A model generated the notes under the pieces. It saw only the letters and a list, made by a program, of their open reading frames with translations. It had not been told where the DNA came from and did not search any database. A stretch of 64,000 bases of DNA, from the NCBI GenBank assembly GCA_041288095.1, contig JBGGMJ010000197.1, positions 11,751-75,750 on the forward strand. The letters run 5' to 3'. Positions 40,811-50,759 of this stretch are shown piece after piece (within the stretch, counting starts at the first letter, position 1; each line of letters begins with the position of its first letter). The position numbers and the translations under genes are program-made. The DNA is from Myxococcota bacterium (GTDB taxonomy: Bacteria; Myxococcota; XYA12-FULL-58-9; JALHOP01).

Positions 40811-41974
40811 TCACTCCATCCTGAAATAGTAAAACTGGCCTTCGGTCGATTGCAGCACGGCCCGCAGCGTGCGTGAAGCGTTTCCCACCTTGCCCGTGGC
40901 GGTCAGGCTGTACCACGTCGTGCCCGGGCGGTCGGTGAATACCTCGCGGATGCGCTGCACGTCGATGAGGCTGTCGAGGCCGGCGGCCGAGACCAATGAA
41001 ATCAATGTCTGGACGTTGAGCTGGGCCATTCCGGGGACCGGCGAGGCGGCGCGCATGTCGGCAATCGAGCGCATGAGGTTGCCAACGCCGGTGACCAGCT
41101 GCTCGGGCGGTACCGCGACACGGCGAGCCGCGAGCAGGCCGAAGAGGATGCGCTCGGGCGTCGCGGTCGACAGCTCGATGGCGGTGCCGTCCGTATAGAT
41201 GGTGACGTGGTCGCGGAGCACGGCGTAGATGTGGTCGCTCACGCCGTGCACGAGCTGCAGCTCGGAGATCGAGTCGAAGGGCGCGTTCTTCGCGCGGTAG
41301 GAGTCCTTCAAATACGAGTAGCGTCGGTCTTCGTCACCGCTGGTGCCGGTCTCGCTCTTGTCGCGGTCGACCCAGTCCGCGATAGCAGCGACGAGCTGTT
41401 GCGGGTTCTCGGCATGCGACCCGCTCTTGTCGTCGCTCTGGAAGTTGTCCTCGAGGCGTGGGTCGGAGAGGAACGACAATAGCATCGTCTGCACTTGCGC
41501 CGACGTGTTGTTGGTGACGTTCGCCAGCATGTTGAGCGAGATCTTCGAGTGCTCGCTTTTGCTACTGGCGCTGCACTCGCCGGGAAAGAAATCGTCCTTG
41601 GCCTTGCTGTCGAGGCGGGCGTCCTCGGCGTCATCGTTCTTCTTCAAGACGGTCGACAACAAGCCGCAGGTGATCGGCACCTGCTCGAGGATCTGGCCGA
41701 GCGGCAGCTTGGTGTTCGCGTCACCGGTGAGCGCCTGCAACATCGACGACATGCCGGCCTCTAGGGCCCGGCCTTGGCGCAAGAGCAAGGAGCGCAGACG
41801 CAAGGCCGCCATGGCGTTGTACTCGGCCTGCAGCTCGTCGCGGGCGTTGTAAGCGAGCGTGAGATCCACAGTCGCCGAGTACTGGAACTCGACGATGACC
41901 GCGGCGAGCAGCGCGATGGTGATGAGCACCATCATGATCGCCACGCCGCGTTCCTTGCCCTTCAATCGGCGCAT
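40811..41974 (-). CDS. gspK: Type II secretion minor pseudopilin GspK
   Basis: ERG-VAIMMVL leader lacking Glu5, KISLN, AIADWVD, KNAPFDSISELQLVHGV. Confidence 0.9.
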   Translation of the reverse strand: MRRLKGKERGVAIMMVLITIALLAAVIVEFQYSATVDLTLAYNARDELQAEYNAMAALRLRSLLLRQGRALEAGMSSMLQALTGDANTKLPLGQILEQVPITCGLLSTVLKKNDDAEDARLDSKAKDDFFPGECSASSKSEHSKISLNMLANVTNNTSAQVQTMLLSFLSDPRLEDNFQSDDKSGSHAENPQQLVAAIADWVDRDKSETGTSGDEDRRYSYLKDSYRAKNAPFDSISELQLVHGVSDHIYAVLRDHVTIYTDGTAIELSTATPERILFGLLAARRVAVPPEQLVTGVGNLMRSIADMRAASPVPGMAQLNVQTLISLVSAAGLDSLIDVQRIREVFTDRPGTTWYSLTATGKVGNASRTLRAVLQSTEGQFYYFRME

Positions 41975-42648
41975 CTGGTGAACCCCGTGCCGGCGATGAG
42001 GATGGCGTTGCGCAACATGACGCGCGTCTTGGTGACGAAGACCTCGTCTTTGCCTTGCGGGTCGACGACCGTGAGCTTGATCGACACGAACATGGGCATG
42101 CGGTCGCGGTAATCCATGTTGGTGGTGTTCCACTCGTCGACCCAGCGATCTTCCTTGGAGTCGTAGAACTCGAACTCGAGCTTCTTGACGTTGGGCGCGA
42201 GCACTTGCTCGACGCCGCCTTCACGCGGCTCGTTGTCGACGCGAGGTTGCGAGCGGCGGATGAGCGCCATGTTCTTCTTATCGTCGGGATTGTCGTCGAC
42301 GTAGTAGGAGAGCTCCTCTTCGTCGGACTCGTTGGCGTCGGCGCGCACCTTGTAGTGCGAGAAGGCGGTGAAATCGAGGCGCATGCCCCCGGACGCGTTG
42401 GCGGAGGCGAAGATCGACCGCGTTCGCGGATCTTCGCAATCGCGGTGCGCGGTCACGTAGGCCATCTCGATCTCGCGCGACATGCGCAACATCGCCTGAC
42501 GGACGCCGTGATAGTGCGTTGTGATCTGCTCGGCGCGCTCGCGACCGTCCATCGAGCGGCCGACGACTCCGAAGGTCAGCATGCCGATGAAGCCGAGAAT
42601 GCCGACGGCGATCATGATCTCGAAGAGAGTGAAGCCGCGCTGCCTCAT
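41962..42648 (-). CDS. gspJ: Type II secretion minor pseudopilin GspJ
   Basis: Class III signal QRG-FTLFEIMIA; order H-I-J-K. Confidence 0.88.
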   Translation of the reverse strand: MRQRGFTLFEIMIAVGILGFIGMLTFGVVGRSMDGRERAEQITTHYHGVRQAMLRMSREIEMAYVTAHRDCEDPRTRSIFASANASGGMRLDFTAFSHYKVRADANESDEEELSYYVDDNPDDKKNMALIRRSQPRVDNEPREGGVEQVLAPNVKKLEFEFYDSKEDRWVDEWNTTNMDYRDRMPMFVSIKLTVVDPQGKDEVFVTKTRVMLRNAILIAGTGFTRCAD

Positions 42649-43298
42649 TTGACCGTGCCCGTGCCGGTCTGCGGCGTCGTCCCGCCGCTGCCGGTACCAG
42701 TGCCGGTGCCGGTACCAGGAAGCCCCGGCACGGCTTGGCCGGGGAGCTGGCCGGGTATCACGTTCATGTCCTCGCGCGTGACCAAGGTGCGCAGCTCGAC
42801 CTTTTCGCCCGCGCCCTTCGGCCCGTTACCCGGCATGGTCACGGTGAGGTCGACCAAGCGCAGCGACTGACCGATGCCGCTAGCGAGCTGCTCGAGCGGA
42901 CCACCGAGGGCGCTCGTCATGCGCTCACAGGCGCTGCCGTCGCCGCCGCCGGTCCCCTCTTCCTTGTCGGCGCCGTAACCCTCGCATAGGCCCTTGATGA
43001 GCGAGAGGTCGAGCTCGACTTCGCTCACCTTGTATTTCCATTTGACGTTCTCGTGGCCCTCCTCGCCAAAGTCGCCGTCTTCGTCGAGGTCGCCGGCGGT
43101 GAAGCCCTCGTCGACGAGACGCTTCTCGATGTCGATCATCTTGGCGCGCGCGAGCAGCGTCGCCGTGGTGATATCACGCGAGCGCGAGGCGGCGGCCATG
43201 GATGCGGACTGAGAGGTCAGGAGCACCGTGAGGCTCATCGCGAGGATGAGGACGGCGATGAGAACTTCGAGCAGCGTAAAGCCACGTTGAGCCTTCAT
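42645..43298 (-). CDS. gspI: Type II secretion minor pseudopilin GspI
   Basis: QRG-FTLLEVLIAVLIL; operon order; GT-repeat tail. Confidence 0.85.
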   Translation of the reverse strand: MKAQRGFTLLEVLIAVLILAMSLTVLLTSQSASMAAASRSRDITTATLLARAKMIDIEKRLVDEGFTAGDLDEDGDFGEEGHENVKWKYKVSEVELDLSLIKGLCEGYGADKEEGTGGGDGSACERMTSALGGPLEQLASGIGQSLRLVDLTVTMPGNGPKGAGEKVELRTLVTREDMNVIPGQLPGQAVPGLPGTGTGTGTGSGGTTPQTGTGTVK

Positions 43299-44095
43299 GG
43301 GGCCTCCACGTAGCCGTCGGTGATGGTCGGCTTGCCGGTGAGAGGCGCGAGGCGAATGCTGATGACGCGCTTGTCGTCGTCGTTCGTCTGCAGATGGACG
43401 ATGGCGTCCTGCGTGTAGCCGTTGGGGAAGAAGTAGATGTAGGCCTCGCCGGCGTCGACCGGCTTGTCCATGCCTTCCGTCCAGATGCTGAGGAGGCGCA
43501 CGTCGAGATCCACATCGACCGTTTTAGCGGCCTCCTTGAAACCGGTGTCCTCGCCCTCCTCTTCCTCATCGTCGTCGTCACGGCTGTTGGCGCGCGCGCC
43601 GTCGCGACCACCGGTGCCGAGCACCTTGTCGATGGCGCTCGCGGCGGGCCCGTCCAGGGCCGCGAAGCCTGCCTTCGCGTCCACGCCGCCGGTCGGCGCG
43701 TTCATCGTGGCGAACTCGTCCCACGAGAGTGAACCGCCACCAGAGCCGGCGAGCGCGCGCGACAACGTCGAGGTCTCGGGATCGAAGACCAGCATCTCGG
43801 GCGATGCTTCGACGCGAATCGCCTGTTTGTCGTTCTTCTTGGGATCCCCGATGGCGAACACGAGCCGATAGGTCTGCCCGGACAAGGCGGCGCTGTCGTA
43901 GGCGGCGCGCATGGTCGAGGCGACGACGCCGGATTGCTTGCGCAGCTCGGCGCGTGTCGTGTTGTCGGCGGCGACCGCCACGACTCCCACCACCATGCCC
44001 ACGATGGCCACGGTGATGACCATTTCCACCAGGGTGAAGCCGCGCCCGGCGTTGCGTCCACTTTCGCGGACATTATGCGCCGGGCAGTGCTTCAT
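43295..44095 (-). CDS. gspH: Type II secretion minor pseudopilin GspH
   Basis: RG-FTLVEMVI, YFFPNG, LAPLTG; follows gspG. Confidence 0.85.
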   Translation of the reverse strand: MKHCPAHNVRESGRNAGRGFTLVEMVITVAIVGMVVGVVAVAADNTTRAELRKQSGVVASTMRAAYDSAALSGQTYRLVFAIGDPKKNDKQAIRVEASPEMLVFDPETSTLSRALAGSGGGSLSWDEFATMNAPTGGVDAKAGFAALDGPAASAIDKVLGTGGRDGARANSRDDDDEEEEGEDTGFKEAAKTVDVDLDVRLLSIWTEGMDKPVDAGEAYIYFFPNGYTQDAIVHLQTNDDDKRVISIRLAPLTGKPTITDGYVEAP

Positions 44096-44535
44096 TGCGC
44101 TTTATCGGTCTGGCCGTGGACGATGTCGTCGTTGCCCTGCGCGCCGTCGGGTCCGTAGCTGTAAAGGTCGAAGCCGCGCGAGTTGTTCTGACCGGGGTAG
44201 ATGTAGACGTAGTCCTTGCCCCAAGGATCTTGCGGCACGGTCGCCATTACCGCCGAGCCGCCGTCCTTTGGCGCCGCGAGCGCCTGCAGACCCTCGGCGG
44301 TCGACGGGTACTGGCGGTAGCTCAGCTTGTACATGTCGAGCGCGTTGGCGATCTGCGCCATCTGCGTGGCAGCGGTCTTCTGCTGCGCCTTGGTCAGCTG
44401 ACCGAAGACGGCGACGCCGACAACGCTGGTGACGAGACCGATGATCACGACGACGACCATGATCTCGACGAGGGTCATACCGCGCTCGGATTCGCGGATG
44501 ACTCGGGTAAGCTTCAATTCGGTATTCTCACGCAT
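44092..44535 (-). CDS. gspG: Type II secretion major pseudopilin GspG
   Basis: ERG-MTLVEIMVVVVIIG, YPSTAEGLQAL, PQDPWGKDY, SYGPDG. Confidence 0.95.
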   Translation of the reverse strand: MRENTELKLTRVIRESERGMTLVEIMVVVVIIGLVTSVVGVAVFGQLTKAQQKTAATQMAQIANALDMYKLSYRQYPSTAEGLQALAAPKDGGSAVMATVPQDPWGKDYVYIYPGQNNSRGFDLYSYGPDGAQGNDDIVHGQTDKAQ

Positions 44536-44564
44536 GACGAAGACTCCGTCCGGGCTAAGCCGGA

Positions 44565-45803
44565 TCACTTGGCAAAGGACGCTAGCTGCAACATCGGTAG
44601 CAAAATCGAGAAGACGATGAACGCCACCACACCGCCCATGAGGACGATGATCATCGGCTCCATGATGCTCACCATCGCGCGCAAACGAGAGTCGACCTGC
44701 ACCTCGTAAGCTTTGGCGATATTGCCGAGCATCTCCTCGAGCGTGCCCGACTTCTCGCCGATGGCGATCATGTGGGTGACGATTGGCGGGAATTCCCCGG
44801 ACCGCTTGAGCGGAGCGGCGATGCTGTCGCCCTCTTTCACCGCGTCGCGCGCGACTTCGATGACGTCCAGGAGCACCTTGTTCTGCAAGACGTTCTTGAC
44901 GATGTCGAACGCGGTGAGCAACGGGACGCCGGAGCCGAGCAACGTCGACAAGGTCTTGCTGAAACGCACGATGGCAACCATGCGCACGAGCGGACCGAAG
45001 AGCGGTGCTTTGAGAATGAAGCGATCCCACTTGGGTCTCCCCTTGCCGCGAAAATAACGCGTGAGCCCCATGCAGGTGACGATGAATAGAGGAACGATGA
45101 TGAAGGCGTAGTCGCGCGCGATGGTGGCGGAGCCAATGAGGATCTGGGTCGGCAGCGGCAGCGACACCTTCTGCGATTCGAAGATCTTCGAGACACGCGG
45201 AATGACCACGGTGAACAGCATGGCGATCACGCCAACCGCCATCAGCAACATGATCAGCGGATAGACCATGCTGCCGATGAGCTTCGAGCGCAGCTCCGCC
45301 TGCGACTCCGTGAAGTCCGCGAGGCGCGACAATACGATGTCGAGCGCACCCGAGGTTTCACCGGCGCGTACGAGGTTGACGTAGAGGCCCGAGAAGATCC
45401 GCGGATGCGCGGCCAACGCGTCACCGATGCCGATACCTTCGTTGACCTTTTGTTTGACGTCCGCCCAAACGGATCGGAAGTGCTCGCTGTCGAGCTGATC
45501 GATCAATGCGTTCAAGGCCTCGACGAGCGGGATGCCCGCGCCGATGAGCGTCGAAAGCTGGCGTGTCGCGACCGCGAGCTCCTGCGAGCTGACGCGCTCC
45601 TGCAGCCGTCGCAGCAAGGCCGAGCTGCTGCTACTCGGTTTTGCGCCCTTGGCTCCGGCCTTGTTTCCGGTCTCGCGCAGCTCGGTGACGAAGATGCCTT
45701 CGCGACGCAACAGCGCCTTCACGGCGCGCTCGTTCTCCGCCTCGCGCGTGTTCGCGACCGACTTACCGACGGTCGTGTAACCCTTGTAGGCAAAGACGGG
45801 CAT
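44565..45803 (-). CDS. gspF: Type II secretion inner membrane platform protein GspF
   Basis: MPVFAY, RQLSTLIGAGIPL, AGETSGAL, SMVYP, IGEKSG, MEPMII. Confidence 0.95.
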   Translation of the reverse strand: MPVFAYKGYTTVGKSVANTREAENERAVKALLRREGIFVTELRETGNKAGAKGAKPSSSSSALLRRLQERVSSQELAVATRQLSTLIGAGIPLVEALNALIDQLDSEHFRSVWADVKQKVNEGIGIGDALAAHPRIFSGLYVNLVRAGETSGALDIVLSRLADFTESQAELRSKLIGSMVYPLIMLLMAVGVIAMLFTVVIPRVSKIFESQKVSLPLPTQILIGSATIARDYAFIIVPLFIVTCMGLTRYFRGKGRPKWDRFILKAPLFGPLVRMVAIVRFSKTLSTLLGSGVPLLTAFDIVKNVLQNKVLLDVIEVARDAVKEGDSIAAPLKRSGEFPPIVTHMIAIGEKSGTLEEMLGNIAKAYEVQVDSRLRAMVSIMEPMIIVLMGGVVAFIVFSILLPMLQLASFAK

Positions 45804-47563
45804 TAGGCGCTGTCCTCACCCGTGACGCGTAGAACCTCCGCCGACGAGGTCATGCCGACGAGCACCTTGCGCGCTCCGTCTTCGCGGAGGGTACGCATGC
45901 CTTGGGTCATCGCCTTCTTCTTGATGCTGTTGGCGTCGACGTTTTGCAGAATCAGCTGACGAACTTCATCGGTGGGCAGCATGAGCTCGTAGATGCCGAT
46001 GCGGCTGCGATAGCCGGTGTTCAAGCAGTTCGGACAACCTTTGCCGCGCCAGAACTTCGGATGCGCGCCGACGACGTCGACGGCGAGGCCGAGCTCTTTG
46101 ACCTCTTCAGCGGACGCCTCGTAAGGCTCCTTGCATTGTGGGCAAAGCGTGCGGACGAGACGTTGCGCCAGGATGCCGATGACCGACGATGCAACGAGGA
46201 AGGGCTCGACGCCCATGTCGACGAGACGCGTGATGGCGCCCGGGGCGTCGTTGGTGTGGATGGTCGAGAGCACCAAGTGGCCGGTTAGAGCGGCCTGGAT
46301 GGCGATCTCGGCGGTTTCGAGGTCACGAATTTCGCCGACCATGATGACGTCGGGATCGTGACGCAAGAACGAGCGCAGCCCGGAGGCGAAGGTGAGATTG
46401 ATCTTCGGATTCACCTGCGTCTGCGACACGCCGTTGAGCTGATACTCGACCGGGTCCTCGACGGTGAGGATGTTCAGATCGGGTGAGTTGATGGACGAGA
46501 GGGCCGCGTACAGCGTCGTCGTTTTGCCCGAGCCCGTCGGGCCGGTGACCAGGATGATGCCGTGCGACTTGTTGATGAGCCCGTTCATCGTCGCGTAGTT
46601 GTCGGGCGAGAAGCCGAGGTCCTGCAGATTCAGCAAGATGTTCGAGCGGTCGAGCAAACGCATGGTGATGCGCTCGCCATACGACGTCGGCACGGTGGCG
46701 ACGCGAATGTCGATGTCCTTGCCGGCGATCTTGATGCGAATGCGGCCGTCTTGCGGCAGACGCTTCTCGGCGATGTTCAAGCCCGCCTGCACCTTGATGC
46801 GGCTGACGATGGGCGCGTGCAGCTTCTTCGGCGGCCGGATCTTCTCGTAGAGGATGCCGTCGATGCGAAAGCGCACGACGATGTCTTTCTCGGTAGGCTC
46901 GATGTGAATATCGGAAGCGTGCTCTTTGACGGACTGGGAGATCAGCGAGTTGACGAGCTTGATGATCGGCGCTTCGTCCTCGGAGTCGAGGAGGTCGACC
47001 GCTTCTTCGATGTCGTGCGCGAACCCCTGGAGCTCGTCGTCTTCCTCGATCTGCTCCATGGCGGCGGTCGCGTGCGCCGTGCCGCGGTCGTAGGCGAAGT
47101 TGATGGCCTCGAGAATGGAGTTGCTCGGCGCCAGCACCACGTCGAGCGGCGCGTGCACGAGAACGGCGAGATCATCGAGCGCGGCGATGGCGAGAGGATC
47201 CGCCGTGGCGACACGCACCAAGCCCGCCTCGCCGGCGCCGAGCGGCACCACCTTGAACTGCTTGGCGAAGTTGATCGGCACCGCGTTGATCAGCTCGTCT
47301 GGAATGGCCTTGTGATCGATCTTGTCGATGAGGTTGAAGCCAAGTTGCTCGCCCAAGGCCTCGAGGAGCTGCTGCTCGGTGATGGTGCGCTGGCCCAGGA
47401 GGATCTCGCCGAAACGGCCGCCCTTGTCGCGTTGCGTTTCCAAGGTCTCCGCTAAAACGGCTGCGTCGATGACCCCGCGGCGCATCAGGATCTCGCCGAT
47501 CCGCGGCGCCGAGAGTTGATACCCCGGCGTCGTGGCTTCCATCGCTTCAATCCCGGCTGCCAT
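45803..47563 (-). CDS. gspE: Type II secretion ATPase GspE
   Basis: ASDIHIEP, RLPQDGRI, GPTGSGKTTTLY, TVEDPVEY, DPDVIMVGEIRD, tetracysteine motif. Confidence 0.96.
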   Translation of the reverse strand: MAAGIEAMEATTPGYQLSAPRIGEILMRRGVIDAAVLAETLETQRDKGGRFGEILLGQRTITEQQLLEALGEQLGFNLIDKIDHKAIPDELINAVPINFAKQFKVVPLGAGEAGLVRVATADPLAIAALDDLAVLVHAPLDVVLAPSNSILEAINFAYDRGTAHATAAMEQIEEDDELQGFAHDIEEAVDLLDSEDEAPIIKLVNSLISQSVKEHASDIHIEPTEKDIVVRFRIDGILYEKIRPPKKLHAPIVSRIKVQAGLNIAEKRLPQDGRIRIKIAGKDIDIRVATVPTSYGERITMRLLDRSNILLNLQDLGFSPDNYATMNGLINKSHGIILVTGPTGSGKTTTLYAALSSINSPDLNILTVEDPVEYQLNGVSQTQVNPKINLTFASGLRSFLRHDPDVIMVGEIRDLETAEIAIQAALTGHLVLSTIHTNDAPGAITRLVDMGVEPFLVASSVIGILAQRLVRTLCPQCKEPYEASAEEVKELGLAVDVVGAHPKFWRGKGCPNCLNTGYRSRIGIYELMLPTDEVRQLILQNVDANSIKKKAMTQGMRTLREDGARKVLVGMTSSAEVLRVTGEDSA

Positions 47564-47566
47564 GCG

Positions 47567-50263
47567 CTACTCCTGAATCGGCGGTGCGTCGTCCACGGGC
47601 GAGTCGTCCTGCATCCGCACCGGCGCCGTCTTGCGGCCGCCATCCGGGTCGAGGAGGTTCTCACCGCGCGGCAACGGGTCTTCGCCCGGCGATACCGTGC
47701 CCGGCGCGCCCTTGGGCTTGATCACCATGTCGCCATCTTCGGTCTGACCGTTCTGCGCGCGCTCTTTTGCCTTGGCGATCGACTTGGCGAGCCGCGCCAG
47801 CGGACCGGTCTTCTTGCGGTAGTCGATGTATGCCCGGTACTTGGGGGTCGCTCCGTAGTACTCCGCCGCGAACTCCTCGTACTCGCGCACCTTGCGCTCG
47901 AGGATGCTCTGGAAGTCGTCGGCGCTGCGCACGATGTAAGGCGTCAGCACGAGGATGAGGTTGATCTTCTGCGTCGACGTCGTCTTCGACTTGAAGAGCC
48001 AGCCGAGCACGGGGATGTCGCCGAGAATCGGAATCTTGTTCTCGCCCTGCGTGGTGTTGTCACGCATCAAGCCGCCGATGACGATGGTCTGCTGATCGTC
48101 GACGACGACGACGGTCTTGGCCTGGCGCTTCGACGTGATTGGCGTCGAGGTCGCCGGGTCGGTACCCGCGACGTCTTCGATATCTTGATCGATCTCCAAG
48201 CGGATGCGGTCGCTCTCGTTGATCTGTGGCGTCACCGTGAGCTTCAAGGTGACGTCGATACGATCGACGCTGGAGAACAGCGAGCTCGCGCCACCGAGAG
48301 CGCCCAAGGCACCCGCGGCGCCCGCCGCCCCCCCCGCACCCGCGCCGCCCAGTCCCGCAACCCCGAGAGCCGGCAACGAGGTACCACGCCGGAACGGAAT
48401 TTTGCGGCCGACCTCGATGGACGCTTCTTCGTTGTCCATCGTGAGAATGTGGGGCGTCGAGAGGATCTGCACGTTCGACTGCGTCTGCAGCGCTTTGAGG
48501 ACGATGCCGAAGCTCGGCAAGGTCACCGAGTTGTCGCCTACCGGGATGGTGACCGCCTTGCCGACGAGGCCGACGATCGAGCCGTTGGCGATGGAGAGCA
48601 GCGAGGCGGGATTCGAGAGGTCGGTGAGGGTCGGCGAGATCTGGCCGGCGCCGGGGTTTTGAAAGAAGCCGAGTGAGCCCGGGCCGCCGACACCGCCGGG
48701 GAGGTCATCGGCGCCGAAACGCGTCGGCACGTGCCACTGGGTGCCGTAGTTTCCGGTGTTGTCGACGCTGACCTCCATGATGGCGGCCTCGACGTAGACT
48801 TGGCGCCGCGGGATATCGAGCTGCTCGATGATCTTGCGCAGCGAGCGGAAGTCGCGCCCTGACGCCAAGACGAGCAGCGAGTTGGTCGCCTTGTCGGCCG
48901 TGATCTTGATGTCACCCTCGAAGAGCGAGGCGGTCTCGGCGCCCTGGCGCTGGCCGGGTGCGTTACCGCCCGCGGGCGCGGCGGGATTGTTCGGCTGGCC
49001 ACGGCGATTGGTTTGGCTGCCGGCGGCGCCACCAGCGTTGGGCTGACCCTGCGCTAAAGCGGACAACGTCGACGAGAGCTCCTCGGAGGAAGCGTTCTCG
49101 AGGTAGTAGACGTGAACGCGGCCTTGTTCGACGTCCGAGACCGGGATGTCGAGCTTCGCGATCAGGCGGCGGATGGCGTCGAAGCTGCGCTTGTTGGCCT
49201 TGATGATGATCTGGTTGGTGCGGTCGTCGGGCACGATCTTCGAGATCTGCACGTCGGAGTCGTTGTCGCCGCCGGTGGCTTGTTGATTGCCGCCCTCGGG
49301 ATTGTTCGGCCGTGGCGGCACGACGCCGCCGGTGGGACGGGGCTGATTACCGCCGCCGCCTCGACCCTGAACTTCGAAGATCTGGGTGATCTTGTCCGCT
49401 ACTTCGGACGCGGTGGCGTATTCGATGTCGACGATCTGCAGCTCGTCCTGGAAGCCGGGAACGTCGAGCGAGTCGATGATGCGGCGAACGCGCTGCAGAT
49501 TGCGGGCGTAGTCGCTGATGATCACCGCGTTCGACGGCTGGAAGAGCTGGATGTCGCCATCCTTGCCGATGAGCGATTTGAGCACGTTGTTGAGCTGCGT
49601 GCCGTCGACGTAGTTGAGCCGGATCATCACGGTGATCATCTGGTCGCTGTTCTGCGGACAATTGTCGTCCTCGCCGATGCACGTCGGGATGGGCGACTTG
49701 ATGGCCTCCTTCGACTCGACCAACTTGTAGAACTTGCCGGCGCGCACGACCGTGATGCCGTTCGACTCGAGCGCCGCGAGGAACACCGAGTAGGCCTCCC
49801 CCGCCGTAATCTGGCCGGGCGACAGGATGGTGATCTTCTGGCTCTTCACCTTCTCCGGAATGATGAAGTTGCGCTGGGTGAGGTTCGAGATGGCCTTCAC
49901 CACGTCCATGAGATCGGCCTTCGAGAACTCGAAGTTGAACTTGCCGGTCTTCAGGCGCTCGGCGACGTCGACCTCGGACTCCTTCTTGGCCTGCTGGCGC
50001 GTGCTGCTCGGGGTGGCGGCTCCGGACGGCGCCACGGTGGGAGCAGGAGGCGTGACGGGCGGCGGTGGCGCGGCCGGCTCGGCGATGGCGTCCTCGGCGT
50101 TGCCGGCACTCGGGTCGGGGGTGGGCGCCGGCTCGTTCCGCGAGGTGCCACGCGGCAAACCTCGAGGTCCACCCAGCGGCAGGTTGCGAGGTAAATTGCG
50201 CGGGCGCACGACTTCGTCGGGTTGCTGCGCGAGGATGAGGACTGGAAGCAAGAGGGCGAGCAC
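47567..50263 (-). CDS. gspD: Type II secretion secretin GspD
   Basis: N0-N3 domains, LDIPRRQVYVEAAIMEV, ILSTPHILTMDNEEA, VIGGLM, KIPILGDIPVLGWLF. Confidence 0.96.
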   Translation of the reverse strand: MLALLLPVLILAQQPDEVVRPRNLPRNLPLGGPRGLPRGTSRNEPAPTPDPSAGNAEDAIAEPAAPPPPVTPPAPTVAPSGAATPSSTRQQAKKESEVDVAERLKTGKFNFEFSKADLMDVVKAISNLTQRNFIIPEKVKSQKITILSPGQITAGEAYSVFLAALESNGITVVRAGKFYKLVESKEAIKSPIPTCIGEDDNCPQNSDQMITVMIRLNYVDGTQLNNVLKSLIGKDGDIQLFQPSNAVIISDYARNLQRVRRIIDSLDVPGFQDELQIVDIEYATASEVADKITQIFEVQGRGGGGNQPRPTGGVVPPRPNNPEGGNQQATGGDNDSDVQISKIVPDDRTNQIIIKANKRSFDAIRRLIAKLDIPVSDVEQGRVHVYYLENASSEELSSTLSALAQGQPNAGGAAGSQTNRRGQPNNPAAPAGGNAPGQRQGAETASLFEGDIKITADKATNSLLVLASGRDFRSLRKIIEQLDIPRRQVYVEAAIMEVSVDNTGNYGTQWHVPTRFGADDLPGGVGGPGSLGFFQNPGAGQISPTLTDLSNPASLLSIANGSIVGLVGKAVTIPVGDNSVTLPSFGIVLKALQTQSNVQILSTPHILTMDNEEASIEVGRKIPFRRGTSLPALGVAGLGGAGAGGAAGAAGALGALGGASSLFSSVDRIDVTLKLTVTPQINESDRIRLEIDQDIEDVAGTDPATSTPITSKRQAKTVVVVDDQQTIVIGGLMRDNTTQGENKIPILGDIPVLGWLFKSKTTSTQKINLILVLTPYIVRSADDFQSILERKVREYEEFAAEYYGATPKYRAYIDYRKKTGPLARLAKSIAKAKERAQNGQTEDGDMVIKPKGAPGTVSPGEDPLPRGENLLDPDGGRKTAPVRMQDDSPVDDAPPIQE

Positions 50264-50267
50264 GCTT

Positions 50268-50759
50268 TTACCTCACCGAGAGTTTGCACTGCAGAGTAGT
50301 GTCCGCTTTCGCGAACGTGATCGATTGTTTGGAGATGCGGCGGACCAAGACGTCGCCGGCGGGGGCGCTGATGGTTTGAGCGGGCGTGACCATCTGCGAA
50401 GCATCGTCCCAGGCGATGATGGCGAACGGCGAGTCACCGCTGACGATGGCGCGAATATCCGGACAAACCAAAGTCACCGGATCGGCCGCTCGGCTATCGG
50501 TGATCGGCAATCGATCATCGGCCATCGGTGATCCGCCATCGGCGACCGGCAGTCGGCCATCGCCGTTCGGCGGCTCCGGCATCGCAACGACCGCCAACCC
50601 ATACCGTCGCGGCAACGCCTCAGCCTCCGCCACGGCGGACAGCTCCCTCGGCCCCTTCTGCACCGCCGCCGCCGCCTCCGGCGCGAATGCCGAACGCATC
50701 ACCGTCAAGGCAAACGGCATGGCCACGAACACCGCCGCGATGGCGAGCCCACGGTTCAT
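50268..50759 (-). CDS. Hypothetical protein, possible PDZ-less GspC/PilP-like HR-domain protein
   Basis: Overlaps the gspC stop by 4 nt and ends 4 nt before gspD; N-terminal hydrophobic anchor; C-terminal IRAIVSGDSPFAII...VRRISKQSITF resembles the GspC HR fold. Confidence 0.6.
   Translation of the reverse strand: MNRGLAIAAVFVAMPFALTVMRSAFAPEAAAAVQKGPRELSAVAEAEALPRRYGLAVVAMPEPPNGDGRLPVADGGSPMADDRLPITDSRAADPVTLVCPDIRAIVSGDSPFAIIAWDDASQMVTPAQTISAPAGDVLVRRISKQSITFAKADTTLQCKLSVR
50489..50572. repeat. Degenerate 7 bp tandem repeat (consensus ATCGGNN), about 12 units
   Basis: ctcggct atcggtg atcggca atcgatc atcggcc atcggtg atccgcc atcggcg accggca gtcggcc atcgccg ttcggcg. Confidence 0.75.

Noticed and set aside
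44102..44109. ACCGATAA upstream of gspH (and CCGATAA near 52820) as further motif copies
   Set aside because: Both are inside coding sequence and lack GGAAC 13-15 nt upstream.
39329..47563. Type IV pilus assignment (PilM, PilB, PilC)
   Set aside because: GspC-PDZ, GspD N-domains, GspG DPWG motif, GspK and gene order all indicate T2SS; no PilT.
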